DNA from: a virus
Lineage: Duplodnaviria; Caudoviricetes
DNA length: 42,266 nt
IMG/VR virus record: IMGVR_UViG_3300037483_001185
Span: 1-42,266 of that record
Strand: one strand, 5' to 3'
This document shows, in pieces, positions 42,032 to 42,266 of this stretch. The first letter of the stretch is position 1. Each line of letters starts with the position of its first letter. A program made the position numbers and the translations under genes. Under the pieces are notes generated by a model. It was not told the origin of the DNA. It did not search any database and saw only the letters and a list, made by a program, of their open reading frames with translations.

Positions 42032-42060
42032 ATGATAAGCTAGAAAGTGGAATATGTCAA
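42032..42060 (-). promoter_or_regulatory. Putative late-operon sigma70 promoter
   Basis: TTGACA(42060-55)-17-TATCAT(42037-32). Confidence 0.7.
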
Positions 42061-42099
42061 CCAGGTGGCAATACTGCTTGCCTGCGGGTGTGCGGGGAC

Positions 42100-42132
42100 A
42101 AAGAGAAGCCCCGGCCTGTGGGAGCGCCGGGG
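42100..42132 (-). terminator. Terminator after the RHH-SH3 gene (across the circular junction)
   Basis: CCCCGGC/GCCGGGG stem followed by CTTCTCTTT on the minus strand. Confidence 0.6.
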
Positions 42133-42139
42133 GGGGGGA

Positions 42140-42266
42140 GTGGGTGGGGAGAGGAGGAGGGGGAAGTTACTCTTGGATATGGGCCGCTTGCACCCATCCC
42201 GTTATTTTGTCCCACCGCACTTTTAGCCAGGGCCCCCCGGCCCATGCGGCGGGGGAATCATGACTG
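42140..42266. repeat. Terminal direct repeat, right copy
   Basis: Identical to 1-127. Confidence 0.9.

Overview
Apparently complete, circularly assembled genome (about 42,139 bp; positions 1-127 are repeated exactly at 42140-42266) of a GC-rich tailed phage with a non-contractile-tail gene set. The host is inferred to be Chloroflexota from a VYLPLV-motif glycoside hydrolase-like gene. Layout: leftward early cassettes (1-4.9 kb, each with a consensus sigma70 promoter carrying a palindromic operator; Rad52/Sak-like annealing protein, ASCH-like protein); a divergent control region at about 5.0 kb; a rightward early/replication operon (5.1-15.6 kb: XRE HTH, T5orf172 nuclease, Cas7/RAMP-like protein, initiator with iterons, DnaC-like loader, SNF2 helicase-methyltransferase fusion, many small genes); and a leftward late operon (42.0 to 15.6 kb: terminase, portal, head, tail, holin-like genes). 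I found no integrase. The main highlight is a solo Cas7/RAMP-like gene (6221-6775) directly followed by two arrays of strictly phased GGY-NN pentamers (18 and 21 units) separated by a tRNA-like T-arm/acceptor mini-helix. This looks like a phage-encoded RNA-guided system with a non-contiguous guide code and resembles what I recall as the recently reported VIPR systems (recollection, not verified). A second RNA-guided component is an IscB-less HEARO/omega-RNA element (31340-31697) inserted exactly at the start codon of the major tail gene, where it supplies a replacement RBS. All protein calls rest on motif recognition by eye; no searches were run.
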